A stretch of 54,793 nt of DNA from Nitrospinota bacterium (lineage in GTDB: Bacteria; Nitrospinota; Nitrospinia; UBA9942): positions 1-54,793 of the forward strand of contig DNJG01000007.1 in assembly GCA_003489165.1 (NCBI GenBank), read 5' to 3'. The notes beneath the pieces are model-generated. The model had not been told where the DNA came from. It did no database searches and saw only the letters and a program-made list of their open reading frames with translations. Every line of letters starts with the position of its first letter. Within the stretch, counting starts at the first letter, position 1. Positions 16,394 through 24,344 of this stretch are shown in pieces. A program made the position numbers and the translations under genes.

Positions 16394-19353
16394 CTATATC
16401 CTGCCTTTGAAATATTCTTTATCTTCTCTATCTCGGAATTTATTAAATTCCTCTCCTGTTCTGTAATTTTTAATCCAAGTCCTCTGCTGTAATAGTCCAT
16501 AGCCTTCATTAGGTCAATCTCATAATATGTATATATGCTCCCCAAATTCAGATAAGGACTAAAATATTTTCCATCAAGTGTTATAGCATATTCAAATTCA
16601 TTTACAGCCCTTTTTATATCTTTTTTAGACAGGAATAAAAGTCCTCTGAGATTATAAAGCTGTGGCGTAAACTCATTGTCTCTGTCTAACCCTATACATT
16701 CATTTATAAGCTCAAATCCTTTATCTATCTCTCCTGTAGAAAGAATCCTGTATATACTGTTAATGTTTAAATTTATAAGCTCATATCTTGCATCTGTATT
16801 TTCACTATTAATTTCAGCCGCTTTTCTAAAACTATATACTGCATCCTCAAGGCTGTTATCGTTTACACCAACCTGCCCTTTTAAAAAATAAGTGTAAGAA
16901 TTAAAATATTTTTCTATTTCTTCACCTTTGTTTGAGTCCAAATCTCGGACTAATCCTTTTACAGATTTCCGATATTTCAGCATATTCAGCAGATTCTTCC
17001 CCTTTATAGATGTCCCAACATGATGAATCCTCGGTGCTGTAAATTCTACATAGGGGTTATTATCAGTAACAATAGGAACTCCATCAATAAATTTATGTAA
17101 ATCTTCTTCATCCATCATAAATGTAGAGAGGAGTTGAAATGGATTGAATATTCCTATCTCTTTCAGACTTTCCTGTATCTTTTTATTATTAAGCCTTTCC
17201 CTGAAATTCTCAAAATCTATTGCCAATTTTTTATCAGAACCTATCATAATTGCATCCCATTTTGTAAACCACATTGTGGAATGCGGAAATACAGACACAA
17301 AAGTTGAAACCAGCATCTTAAAATCATCTTCTGAAAGATGATGAAGGGGTATCCAATGAGATACCATTCCGCCCTCTTTAAGACGGGATTTACAGAGCAT
17401 ATAATACTCCCTGCTGTAGAGATTCACAATACCTGCATTTGACGGCGGGGGGGGTTCTGATGTGATAAGGTCAAATTTTTTATCTGTTGTCAGCAGAAAA
17501 TTTCTCCCATCCTCAATAATCATTTTAAATCTGCTGTTATTAAGTATGTCCCTGTTTCCATCAGAGAAATATCTGCCGCCGTTGAATACCTCTCTTGATA
17601 TATCTACTGCATATATCTCACTGACATTGTGGTCACCGACAGCCCCTGCCGTTGAACCAGTTCCAAAACATATAATCAGTGCATCCTTTGGGTCAGGATG
17701 GAATAAGAGGGGGAGATGCGCCTGAAGCCTCTCAAGTTGTAATGCACCCCTGAATTCACCTGCAATAGGGTCTCCATTTATCCAGAGCCTCTTTACAGGT
17801 TTTCTAAAGGGGGTAAGGTCTGTCTCCTGAGATGAGACAAGGACAGTCCCTGCTATCCCTTCTTTATAATAAAGTATTTCATTCCCTTTATCTATCTTCC
17901 CGATGCTGATTAATTTTGGAATATCTCCCGTTCTTAATATAAAAATAATAATGATAACACTGATAGTAATAGATAATATGGAAATAAAATATCGGGCAAT
18001 GCTTCTTTTGCTTATATAAATCAGGATAATACCAAATAGAAGGGGAATAGCTCCTGTCCATATGATAGATTTCTGTATTCCTATGAGGGGAAGAAGTATA
18101 AAGCCTGCAGAAAAAGAACCTATTATTGCACCTATAGTATTAATCAGATATACCTTTCCTATACCTTTCCCGATATCTTTCATCTCAAATTTCAGGGTTT
18201 GAGCTACTGCAGGAAAACTTGCTCCCATTAATAGTGTAGGAATAATCATTATGAAAAATGCCATTAAAAAGGTTGCAAACATTCTCCCTTGCCAATGTCC
18301 GATACCAACAAATTGTGATGCCCATGAAATGAAGTTATTGAGCTGAGAGGCAATGAAATTGTGATTTGCAAACAGAAGGAGAGATAAAAATCCCATCAGA
18401 CCAATCAAAATTTGAAAGACTGCAAAAATGGTTACCAAGTTCTCACTTTTAAAAAATTTAGGTCTTAAATTCCGAAATCTAAAATCCGAAATCCAAAATC
18501 CAAATATAAGGCTCCCACCTGCTATACCGAGGAGAAATGTAAATAGGATTATTGAAAACGCATATATGGTATTATCCAGAATCAGTATAAGAACCCTTGT
18601 CCATAACACCTCATAGGAGAGTGCCGCCATTCCTGAGAAACCAAAGGCAAGAAGGATTAAGGTCGATAGTTGGGAGTTGGGAGTTGGGAGTTTTGAATCT
18701 TGAGTTTTTAGTTCTGACTTCTGACTTCTGACTTCTGACTTCTGACTTATTATATACGCCCCTCCCCCTGCAATTAAATTCAAGAGGGCAGCTGAATAAA
18801 GCGATTGTGTAACACCAATAACCTCTATCAGGTAAAAACCTGTAATAATACATCCTGCAACTGCCCCGAAGGTATTTAAGGAATATATAACTCCTGTATC
18901 AACCCCTATTTTGTTCTCACTCTTTATAAGAAATCTTGATATAACAGGAAGCGTCCCCCCCATCATAGTTGTTGGAAATATCAGGATTAAAGAAGATATT
19001 AGAAATCTTTCTGCAGAGAGAAGTAAAAAGCTTCCCCCTGTTAATACATGAAGTTTTACATACAGCCATTCTGTAAGTGAAAAAATATTTGGCAATAAGA
19101 TAGCGTATAAACCTATTAGAATCTCAAGAAGTGCATATACCTTCAGAGGATTCCCCCTCTTATCTATGAGTCTGCCAAAGATATATCCCCCTATACCAAG
19201 CCCTGCCATAAATACGGTAAGTACAGTGCTTATTGCAAATGAGGATACACCAAATACGAGTGAAAGGAGGCGGGTCCAGACGATTTCATAGATAAGCCCT
19301 GAGGCGCCTGATAGGAAAAATATGAGGAGGATTAAAGGTCTTGCATAGTTCAT
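16390..19353 (-). CDS. Fused polytopic membrane / spermidine-synthase-like (SAM-MTase fold) / TPR protein
   Basis: 987 aa. The N-terminus (FFLSGASGLIYEIVWTRLLS) is typical of fused MFS-like spermidine synthase proteins. A central aminopropyltransferase-like block (ICFGTGSTAG, DLITSEPPPP) is followed by C-terminal TPR-like repeats. Confidence 0.7.
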   Translation of the reverse strand: MNYARPLILLIFFLSGASGLIYEIVWTRLLSLVFGVSSFAISTVLTVFMAGLGIGGYIFGRLIDKRGNPLKVYALLEILIGLYAILLPNIFSLTEWLYVKLHVLTGGSFLLLSAERFLISSLILIFPTTMMGGTLPVISRFLIKSENKIGVDTGVIYSLNTFGAVAGCIITGFYLIEVIGVTQSLYSAALLNLIAGGGAYIISQKSEVRSQKSELKTQDSKLPTPNSQLSTLILLAFGFSGMAALSYEVLWTRVLILILDNTIYAFSIILFTFLLGIAGGSLIFGFWISDFRFRNLRPKFFKSENLVTIFAVFQILIGLMGFLSLLLFANHNFIASQLNNFISWASQFVGIGHWQGRMFATFLMAFFIMIIPTLLMGASFPAVAQTLKFEMKDIGKGIGKVYLINTIGAIIGSFSAGFILLPLIGIQKSIIWTGAIPLLFGIILIYISKRSIARYFISILSITISVIIIIFILRTGDIPKLISIGKIDKGNEILYYKEGIAGTVLVSSQETDLTPFRKPVKRLWINGDPIAGEFRGALQLERLQAHLPLLFHPDPKDALIICFGTGSTAGAVGDHNVSEIYAVDISREVFNGGRYFSDGNRDILNNSRFKMIIEDGRNFLLTTDKKFDLITSEPPPPSNAGIVNLYSREYYMLCKSRLKEGGMVSHWIPLHHLSEDDFKMLVSTFVSVFPHSTMWFTKWDAIMIGSDKKLAIDFENFRERLNNKKIQESLKEIGIFNPFQLLSTFMMDEEDLHKFIDGVPIVTDNNPYVEFTAPRIHHVGTSIKGKNLLNMLKYRKSVKGLVRDLDSNKGEEIEKYFNSYTYFLKGQVGVNDNSLEDAVYSFRKAAEINSENTDARYELINLNINSIYRILSTGEIDKGFELINECIGLDRDNEFTPQLYNLRGLLFLSKKDIKRAVNEFEYAITLDGKYFSPYLNLGSIYTYYEIDLMKAMDYYSRGLGLKITEQERNLINSEIEKIKNISKAGYR
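18668..18748. repeat. In-frame heptamer arrays (TTGGGAG x3 and CTTCTGA x5) inside the 987-aa gene
   Basis: AGTTGGGAGTTGGGAGTTGGGAG at 18668-18690 and TTCTGAC x5 at 18712-18748. Together they encode ...QKSEVRSQKSELKTQDSKLPTPNSQLST... Confidence 0.9.
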
Positions 19354-19357
19354 AAAA

Positions 19358-19425
19358 AGTTTCAGAATATCAAAGTGTCAAAGTGTCAAAGACTTTTAAC
19401 TCTGATACTCTGAAACTTTGACACT
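19358..19425. repeat. Inverted tandem-octamer hairpin (TCAAAGTG x2.5 ... CTTTGACAC)
   Basis: AGTTTCAGAATATCAAAGTGTCAAAGTGTCAAAG ... CTCTGAAACTTTGACACT, between the propeller gene and the 987-aa gene. Confidence 0.75.
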
Positions 19426-20551
19426 ATTTCTTTAATATCTCCTCCGGCGGGCTCACCTTAACTTTCAAATCTGACTTTTTTGATATGCTTCCGATTTTAG
19501 ACAAATTCAGCTTGCCTATCTTATTTCCTGACATCATTGTAAACCATATGTTATTTTTTAAATCTGCCGTTATTGCAAGCGGCTGACTATCCTTCATCGG
19601 TATATCGTATTCTTTAAAAATTTCTGAATCAGGGTCAAATCTTACAATCTTGTTTTCATATCTCAAGGCAAGCCAAATATTATTCTCTTTATCTATAGCC
19701 ATACGCTGCGCCCCCTTTTTCCCCGGAATTGGAAAGTCCTTGAATTCACCCGTGGCGGGATTAAGTCTTACCAGCTTTTTGTCCTTCAGCCTGCAAAACC
19801 ATACATTCCCTTTTGAATCAATTGCAGTGCCTATAGGCATACTCAATGGCTGTTTTAGTTCATACTCCTTGAATTTTCCATTTTCATGATTTATCATTCC
19901 AATTTTGTTTCCACCCTTTTGAACAAACCACATATTTCCTTTTGAATCACTGGCGAGACCTGATGACTGGCTCATGGGGGTAGGGATATCATATTCCTTA
20001 AACCTCTCCTTAATCCCCTCTTTTTGAGAAGAGGGTGGGGTAAACTTAGTTATTTTATTTCTGTTCCACTCTACAAACCATACATTGCCCTTTGAATCTG
20101 CCGATATAGAGGCAGGATTACTCTGTGGAACCCGAAGGTCAAACTCCTCAAACTCCAATGTCCGTGTATTAAACTTTCCAAGCTGATTGCCTTCCTGCTC
20201 CGTGAACCACAGGTTATTATCTTTATCTATTGTCATATCCGTAGATTCACTTTTAGTTGTAGGTATCTCAAACTCCTCAAAGATATTTTTTGAAGGGTCC
20301 AACTTTCCAATCTTATTTGCACTATATTCCAGGACCCATACGATACCAGAACGGTCTACAGCAATATCAGTCGGAGAACTTAAAGGGGTAAGAATGGGAA
20401 ATTCTTCAAAAGGGGTATCTTCGGAGGCAAAGGCAAGAAAAACAGAAGACAGAAGACAGAAGACAGAGAACAGAGAACAGAGAACAGAGGACAGAAGAAA
20501 AACTCTAACTTCTGACTTCTGACTTCTGACTTCTGACTTCTTATTTCTCAT
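19424..20551 (-). CDS. Secreted Vgb (streptogramin-lyase-like)/NHL-type beta-propeller protein
   Basis: Repeated blades of the form D..GN.WF.E...NKIGK......F.EY.IP. The likely start is the ATG at 20551, which overlaps the upstream stop (ATGA) and gives MRNKKSEVRSQKSEVR + hydrophobic core + AFA|SE. The tracked start at 20629 lies inside the upstream gene. Confidence 0.65.
   Translation of the reverse strand: MRNKKSEVRSQKSEVRVFLLSSVLCSLFSVFCLLSSVFLAFASEDTPFEEFPILTPLSSPTDIAVDRSGIVWVLEYSANKIGKLDPSKNIFEEFEIPTTKSESTDMTIDKDNNLWFTEQEGNQLGKFNTRTLEFEEFDLRVPQSNPASISADSKGNVWFVEWNRNKITKFTPPSSQKEGIKERFKEYDIPTPMSQSSGLASDSKGNMWFVQKGGNKIGMINHENGKFKEYELKQPLSMPIGTAIDSKGNVWFCRLKDKKLVRLNPATGEFKDFPIPGKKGAQRMAIDKENNIWLALRYENKIVRFDPDSEIFKEYDIPMKDSQPLAITADLKNNIWFTMMSGNKIGKLNLSKIGSISKKSDLKVKVSPPEEILKK
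20443..20540. repeat. Heptamer arrays (CAGAAGA x3, CAGAGAA x3, ... then CTTCTGA x4-5) that encode the signal peptide of the 19424-20551 gene
   Basis: Read directly: CAGAAGACAGAAGACAGAAGACAGAGAACAGAGAACAGAGAACAGAGGACAGAAGA ... CTTCTGACTTCTGACTTCTGACTTCTGACTTC. Confidence 0.9.
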
Positions 20552-21855
20552 ACTGCCTTTTTCTTTACAAAAACCAAAGCTGATATGACAACAACCACTA
20601 TGAGCAGTATGCCTGATATATAAACCCATAAAGGCACTTTACCACCAACTGCCGATTTCTGCATCTCTTCTGCATACCTTTTATCCCCTTCCGAGTGTTC
20701 ATGTTTGTGTGCCTCATGAATTTCAGGAACAGAAGAAATAACTAATTGTCCAATCTTATTTGCCCCTCTCTCATTCTCTGTAAACCATATATCCCCTTTT
20801 GAATCTATAGCCATATTCATAGGCTGGGAATTTATTGTTGGTATGTCAAAATCGTGGAATGATGCAGAATGCGGCTCAAAGTAGCCTATTTTATTCATCA
20901 TATCATCTATATACCAAAGCCTCCCTGTTTTATCAAATATGATGCTCTGCGGAACGCTATTATAACCGGGGAGTACTGCCTCACTCATCATACCCGTTGA
21001 CGGGACAAGCATTGTAACCTTGTGGCTGTGAAGCTGTGGAAACCATATATTTTTTGAGTTGTCAATCAATATCTTACCCGGTCGGCTTAGAGGGGTAACT
21101 ATCGGAAATACCTTATAGGTTTTGGTCTTTGGGTTAAACCTTCCTATCTCATTCATTGCCACATCGCTAATCCAGATATTGTCTTCTTCATCTACTGCAA
21201 TGCCTGCGGGATGACTACTGGATTTAAGGTCATATTCAACAACCTTCTTTATCTTAAAGTCAAGCTTTCCGATTTTACCGCTATTCCATTCAATAAACCA
21301 CACATTACCCTCTGAATCCAGTGCTAAGTCATTGGGACTGCTCTGTGGTGTCGGTATATCATATTCTACAAATTTTTCTGTGGATGGTTCAAAACTGCCG
21401 ATTTTATTGCCAATCTGCTCCACAAACCATAATTTGTCATTTTTATCTATAATAATGGCGCCCGGACTGCCAAGAGATACATCATAAACCTCTTTTGGAG
21501 GGGTTTTTTCTGTAGGTGAATATTTCCAGTTACTCTTTGGAATTGATGCCGTAGATGGTATCTGATATTCTTTGAAGGTCTGATTTACAGGATCAAATTT
21601 AACTATCTTATTTGTAACCTGTGCTGTAAACCAAATATTATCTTTTGAGTCAACCACTATCCCGAATGGATGGCTGTAAGGGGTTGGGATTACATATTCA
21701 TTAATTACAGGTCCTTCGCCATTTCTTGCAGAAGGAGCAATTTTGGTATCCCCATGCATTGAATGCTGTCCCTGTTCGTCTCCCGTAGATATATTAACAA
21801 GGAGATATAAAAATAGAAATGCAAACAATAAGAATATTTTTTTAAATGGATTCAT
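20548..21855 (-). CDS. Vgb/NHL-type beta-propeller protein with N-terminal signal peptide, His-rich linker and C-terminal membrane anchor
   Basis: 435 aa with the same blade repeat as its neighbour. It has an HSMHGD motif after the signal peptide, then EIHEAHKHEHSEGD followed by a TM helix (LWVYISGILLIVVVVISALVFV) and KKKAV. Confidence 0.65.
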   Translation of the reverse strand: MNPFKKIFLLFAFLFLYLLVNISTGDEQGQHSMHGDTKIAPSARNGEGPVINEYVIPTPYSHPFGIVVDSKDNIWFTAQVTNKIVKFDPVNQTFKEYQIPSTASIPKSNWKYSPTEKTPPKEVYDVSLGSPGAIIIDKNDKLWFVEQIGNKIGSFEPSTEKFVEYDIPTPQSSPNDLALDSEGNVWFIEWNSGKIGKLDFKIKKVVEYDLKSSSHPAGIAVDEEDNIWISDVAMNEIGRFNPKTKTYKVFPIVTPLSRPGKILIDNSKNIWFPQLHSHKVTMLVPSTGMMSEAVLPGYNSVPQSIIFDKTGRLWYIDDMMNKIGYFEPHSASFHDFDIPTINSQPMNMAIDSKGDIWFTENERGANKIGQLVISSVPEIHEAHKHEHSEGDKRYAEEMQKSAVGGKVPLWVYISGILLIVVVVISALVFVKKKAV

Positions 21856-21880
21856 AGAAAAGTAATAGGATTTGAAAATT

Positions 21881-21935
21881 CAAGGGTTCGAGGGTTCCAG
21901 TAAAGCACTTGACCCCTTGACCCCTTATACCCTTA
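21881..21935. repeat. Inverted tandem-octamer hairpin (CAAGGGTT/CGAGGGTT ... GACCCCTT x2, ATACCCTT)
   Basis: Read directly; imperfectly complementary arms between the subunit IV/heme c gene and the propeller gene. Confidence 0.7.
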
Positions 21936-21942
21936 TCTTTTA

Positions 21943-22635
21943 TTACCATGTAAATGTCGGTTCATACATATGACGCATCTGCCAGTTGGCGTCTTTATAT
22001 GTTTCTGCTCCGGCAAGGTCATAAGTCTTTTCCCCTGTTGTTTCATCAATACTTACCATCTTCCCTGCCTTATACTTGGCACTTTTTATCTGTCTTGCCC
22101 TGTCAACTTGATAATATTCTGCCACATTAACAGGCGGTGTATACATCCTGTGTCCCATTGATGAGTTATGACAGGCATCACATCCAAGAATCTTTGCCTG
22201 ATAACCGCTCTTAAAAGTAATGCCTGCTAAAAATACTGCTATGAGCAGGACAGGGGTATTGAATACTAATTTACTAAAAAAGCCCATTGGCTCTTTATTG
22301 CCGGGATTAACCTCTGCCTTTCGTTTAAATGGTATCCTAATAAACGGCAGAAAGATTAGAAAGAACAAAAAAATGAATGGGACAATTGCACTATAAGCAA
22401 GCAAATGTTTAGTTTCACCCGTAAAATACCAGAATGGCTGCCAGAGAAGCAAAAAATACCATTCAGGTCCTGGTATATATTGTCCATCATCAGGACCAGG
22501 GATAATAGCAGGTGCATCGTCAGGAACCTGAAATTTTATTGCAAGAATAACCACTACAATTAATATTATAATCGCCAGCGAGCCTGCCTTTAATACATGA
22601 TGGGGCCACCAGGTTTTTTGTTTGGTTTCTTTCAT
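21943..22635 (-). CDS. Cytochrome b C-terminal (subunit IV-like) domain fused to a mono-heme c domain
   Basis: 230 aa with the Qo-site PEWY motif (GPEWYFLLLWQPF), TM helices and one CxxCH (CDACH). SD GGAGGGAGA upstream. Confidence 0.75.
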   Translation of the reverse strand: MKETKQKTWWPHHVLKAGSLAIIILIVVVILAIKFQVPDDAPAIIPGPDDGQYIPGPEWYFLLLWQPFWYFTGETKHLLAYSAIVPFIFLFFLIFLPFIRIPFKRKAEVNPGNKEPMGFFSKLVFNTPVLLIAVFLAGITFKSGYQAKILGCDACHNSSMGHRMYTPPVNVAEYYQVDRARQIKSAKYKAGKMVSIDETTGEKTYDLAGAETYKDANWQMRHMYEPTFTW

Positions 22636-22654
22636 TTTAGTATCTCCCTCCTAT

Positions 22655-22775
22655 GAAAAAATCTAATTAAACCACTGAGACACTGAGGCACAGAGAAAAA
22701 CTTACAACCTGCAACTGTTGTCCGTTGTTTGTTGTCGGTTCTTCATCTCCGTGTCTCCGTGCCTCTGTGGTAATT
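22655..22775. repeat. CACTGAG/CACAGAG-type palindromic repeat, copy D, between the two cytochrome b halves
   Basis: AACCACTGAGACACTGAGGCACAGAG ... CTCCGTGTCTCCGTGCCTCTGTGG. Confidence 0.8.
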
Positions 22776-22802
22776 TTTTTCTTTTTTAATTTTGAATTCT
22801 CT

Positions 22803-23426
22803 TTATAATGGCTCTGCTACACCTAACTTCCTTACCATCTTAAAATGAAAAATCAAGATAAACAATACAATGGCGGGGAGCACCCATACATGAATGACAA
22901 AACTCTTGCCTATTGTAAATGCTGAGATAAAGGGTATAATTAAACGCTCACCAATGATTGGTATTGTGCCAAACCAGTCTGCCCATACAACCAACTCCCA
23001 GTAACTCCTCCAATCCCATGGAAGTGTAATACCTGTCCCCATAAAGAGAAACATAAGCAAGAAGAGTAATATTCCCGACCACCAGTTCAATTCTCTCGGA
23101 CTTTTATATGCCCGTCTTGTAATAACATTAACTGTATGGATGAACAGGAATGCAACAATGAGGGTTGCACTCCATCTGTGCATGTTCCTCATTAATCCTC
23201 CATAGGGAATATTATTACAAAGATATTTTATGCTATCCTGTGCCTTTTCTGCAATTGGAACATAAAAAAACATCATAAATACGCCTGAAAAGACTTGAAG
23301 AACTATTAGAAAAAATGCAAGTCCCCCGAAACAAAACCAGAAATTTGCATGGGAAGGTACTGGATAATTTAACTGTTTAACGATTCGTTCTTTGATACCT
23401 GTTCTTTCATTTAACCATTTAATCAT
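22803..23426 (-). CDS. Cytochrome b6-type cytochrome b (N-terminal four-helix domain)
   Basis: 207 aa. Bis-His pairs are H-x13-H (HRWSATLIVAFLFIH) and H-x14-H (HVWVLPAIVLFILIFH). NFWFCFGG matches the b6/Firmicute motif whose Cys carries heme ci. SD GAGGAGAA upstream. Confidence 0.85.
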   Translation of the reverse strand: MIKWLNERTGIKERIVKQLNYPVPSHANFWFCFGGLAFFLIVLQVFSGVFMMFFYVPIAEKAQDSIKYLCNNIPYGGLMRNMHRWSATLIVAFLFIHTVNVITRRAYKSPRELNWWSGILLFLLMFLFMGTGITLPWDWRSYWELVVWADWFGTIPIIGERLIIPFISAFTIGKSFVIHVWVLPAIVLFILIFHFKMVRKLGVAEPL

Positions 23427-23473
23427 GACATTCTCCTCATTAATGTATGACTATAAATTGAACCTGAATTATA

Positions 23474-23612
23474 CATTAACCACAGATGAACACGGATAAA
23501 CACTGCTCAAACAAAAAACTATTATAATTCTTCCTTCACTTAAAAAGTAAAATATATTTTTCTTTTAATTCATTGAATAATCTGTGTTAATCTGTGTTTA
23601 CCTGTGATTTCA
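23474..23612. repeat. CCACAGA-type palindromic repeat, copy E
   Basis: TTAACCACAGATGAACACGGATAAACACTG ... AATCTGTGTTAATCTGTGTTTACCTGTGATTTCAC. Confidence 0.75.
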
Positions 23613-23635
23613 CGCATTATTTGGGTTTATATTTT

Positions 23636-24094
23636 TTATCCCTCTTTTTTAAAACTCTCCTCATCCTTTGTCTCAGCCATAAAGTCTATCTTCCACCTTT
23701 TTTCCTTCTCATCAAGAATCAGATGAGTCTGACTCTTTGATACAAACGGACTGCCTAAAATAGAGGGTATAGTATATTCAACCGTTACCTTTGCAATTAT
23801 ATTCCCTTTAGCATCTCTTTTATTTAATATTGAACTATCAAGGATTTTTATCTTTGTGTCGGGGTCAAACTGCTCTGTCCATCTTCTAAAAGTATCCTCT
23901 TCAATCTCCTCATATTTTGTGCTTATCAGTTTACGAGCCTCTGCGGCGGCAGCCTTGCCTTTCTGGGACAATAAAAAATAAAATCTCTTAACAACCTCTT
24001 CAGGGGGTTCTTTTGGCAAATCAGCCTGAGACCAACTGCAACCTATTAAATTAGATATTAAGACTGCCAATATTATTGAAATGACTTTATTCAT
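23636..24094 (-). CDS. Lipoprotein of unknown function
   Basis: 152 aa with a signal peptide and lipobox (LISNLIGC). I recognise no catalytic motif. Confidence 0.6.
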   Translation of the reverse strand: MNKVISIILAVLISNLIGCSWSQADLPKEPPEEVVKRFYFLLSQKGKAAAAEARKLISTKYEEIEEDTFRRWTEQFDPDTKIKILDSSILNKRDAKGNIIAKVTVEYTIPSILGSPFVSKSQTHLILDEKEKRWKIDFMAETKDEESFKKEG

Positions 24095-24269
24095 AAGAAC
24101 CGTTTATTATTTAATAAAGAACATCTGATATTACATCTGTCATATATAATATTTATGATTAAAATCATATAACAGATATTTTAGTCTGAAATTTATTTAA
24201 TTCTCCGCTAAAATGTAAGTGTTATAATATTATTATCTATACAAAAATGTCAATAATAATCTTAAAACA

Positions 24270-24304
24270 ATAAAGAAAGGGGTTAGGATTTAACTCCTAA
24301 CCCC
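24270..24304 (-). terminator. Rho-independent terminator after the NosZ-like gene
   Basis: On the minus strand, GGGGTTAGGAG-TTAAA-TCCTAACCCC is followed by TTTCTTTATT. Confidence 0.7.
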
Positions 24305-24344
24305 TTCCATTCAAACTGCCCTGAAAAAACTTAATCCTCGAAAT

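Noticed and set aside
18668-20546. Tandem short repeats (CTTCTGA, TTGGGAG, CAGAAGA arrays) as possible CRISPR arrays
   Set aside because: Units are 7-8 nt and directly abut one another, with no unique spacers. No cas genes are present in the window. The arrays lie inside ORFs or form inverted hairpins, so they are not CRISPR.
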